Shown piece by piece: positions 62,501-64,000 of a DNA stretch of 64,000 nt; within the stretch, counting starts at the first letter, position 1, and each line of letters begins with the position of its first letter. Made by a program: the position numbers and the translations under genes. The notes beneath the pieces were generated by a model, which saw only the letters and a program-made list of their open reading frames with translations, made no database searches and was not told the origin of the DNA. The DNA is from Oikopleura dioica (Eukaryota > Animalia > Chordata): the NCBI GenBank assembly GCA_907165135.1, contig OU015569.1:6324001-6388000 (forward strand), read 5' to 3'.

Positions 62501-64000
62501 CTCTCCTTCCGAGAAAAACGCATCAGCCAAAGAGTTTTCTATTATAATGGTGGAGCTTTGATTCGAAGTGCCTCAGTTCAGAACGTCTCTATAATTTTGC
62601 CACTTAGTGCGCATTGTTCACATTCACGCGCGCAATTTCTCCATCGCCGATTCAGGTGTGTAATGAAACCTTTCGAGGATTTAACCCGCGCATGTCGAGT
62701 GTTTAACCCTTTGACAACGGTTATTCACTACAGCTGCGCAGGGGCTGCTCTTGCTTTAAAGCATCGCTAGAACTGACCGTAGAAAGATCGTGTTGACTGT
62801 TGGTGATCCAATGGGCGAATTCTGTGGGATCTAGTCGACCACTCAAGTCGTTTTCTTGAAAATGTCAGGGAGCAGCGGTGGCTCGATTCGATTTTGAGCT
62901 TTTCTGGTTTTGCTATTTTGAGAAGATACTTTTCGCCAAGTGTTACCGCACGTGCATCCGGTGCTGGTCATCCATTTTCCAAAATTTTCGGTTCCATTTC
63001 CGCCCCTTTTGAAGCATCGCCTAATCGGATGGAACGTACGCAACTACAGCCATCCGCCAATTTCTGCATCATCCCAAATACCGTTTTTCCCTGAATACTC
63101 ACTTACTTCACTGTCGGCCTTATGCAAATTTTCACAGAGCAGTCGCCCGAATTTTGCATAATTATGAATCGAAAATGTTTTGACGCTGAAGTTGTTTTCC
63201 AGCGCTGCTGCTGCTGCTGGAAATGCAGCGACACATTGCAGATTATGTCTTCGAGGAAAGGAGCTAGTAATTGTCCAAAAAGTCGCGATTTGGGACAGAT
63301 TCTTCGAGTGCCCGTAGCAAGTGGCTCCGTTTTTCCGTACCATTCAAGAGCTGAAGGCGCCGACCGCTGGTGAATTTTGTGAATTTGTTGAGAATAATTT
63401 CTCAACAGCACAAACAGCACCTCCACCACCGCCCAAAGTTTCTTAATTAGCTTATTATTAATGGAATTGTCAGTCGCCTTCTTTCGTCAGCGTCTGAGGG
63501 TCTCGAAGTTTACGATAAGTGATATAGGCAGACTAGATAAGGGCCGGCGTGGAATCTGTATCTCAAATTCGGTATGCAAATTTGATAAGAACAATAGTTA
63601 TCTCCCCGAGCGGCAATTTTTGTTTTCGCCGAAATGAAGATGAAAGTAAACGTAACACCGAAAATCGAAGTGCAGCTTCCGATAATGACATTTGATCGAG
63701 AAAAAAAATGAATTTTTGATTATAGGCGCCCCGTGAGAAGTGCACAGTGAGGGAGATCTCGTTCGAAATGAAATTTGTTCAATTTTGGATCTCGACTCGC
63801 ATGGAAATTTATATTTGATTGCGACCGGCCGGAGTGAAAGTTTGACTTTGTTTTTATCGAAATAAGTCGCAAGTGCAAAACTTTTTTAACTGCATATAGT
63901 TAAGGTAGTGCTTTAGAAGTCTGTTGGATGTTTTTATGACTTTTCAACCGCTCAAAATAGCCTGGAAATCAGCTCGTTTGAAAACTGATTATCGTAGCCG

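Noticed and set aside
1-64000. tRNA, rRNA, snRNA or SL RNA genes
   Set aside because: No cloverleaf or recognisable RNA gene seen by eye; tRNAscan-SE/Infernal were not run.

Overview
Compact, intron-rich animal DNA. The very short introns, GA-AG/GG-AG splice boundaries, dense gene packing and Tor-like Ty3/gypsy element point to the larvacean tunicate Oikopleura dioica (inference, no search run). Gene models were built by eye from the ORF track plus manual translation, so many 5'/3' ends are approximate. In order: PACSIN-like F-BAR/SH3 gene (-); probable NDUFB4 (-); multidomain astacin protease (-); a ~680-bp inverted-repeat element; PLAT/LH2-domain gene (-); a single-TM gene (+) next to or interrupted by a full-length 6,619-bp LTR retrotransposon with identical 231-bp LTRs and a 5-bp TSD; divergent DEG/ENaC channel (-); two convergent Rh ammonium-transporter paralogues flanking argininosuccinate lyase; ATF7IP-like (-); SSUH2 (+); ATF3/Fos-like bZIP with an apparent frameshift (-); a large secreted protein that looks like clusterin split by seven TSP1 repeats (+); FLYWCH-like zinc finger (-); CYHR1/ZFTRAF1 RING protein (+); RBPMS/couch-potato-like RRM protein (-). 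The last ~7 kb has no gene I can name. Best leads: the clusterin-TSP1 chimera, the Rh-ASL-Rh nitrogen cluster, and the RNA signals of the young retroelement. I recognised no tRNA, rRNA or CRISPR.
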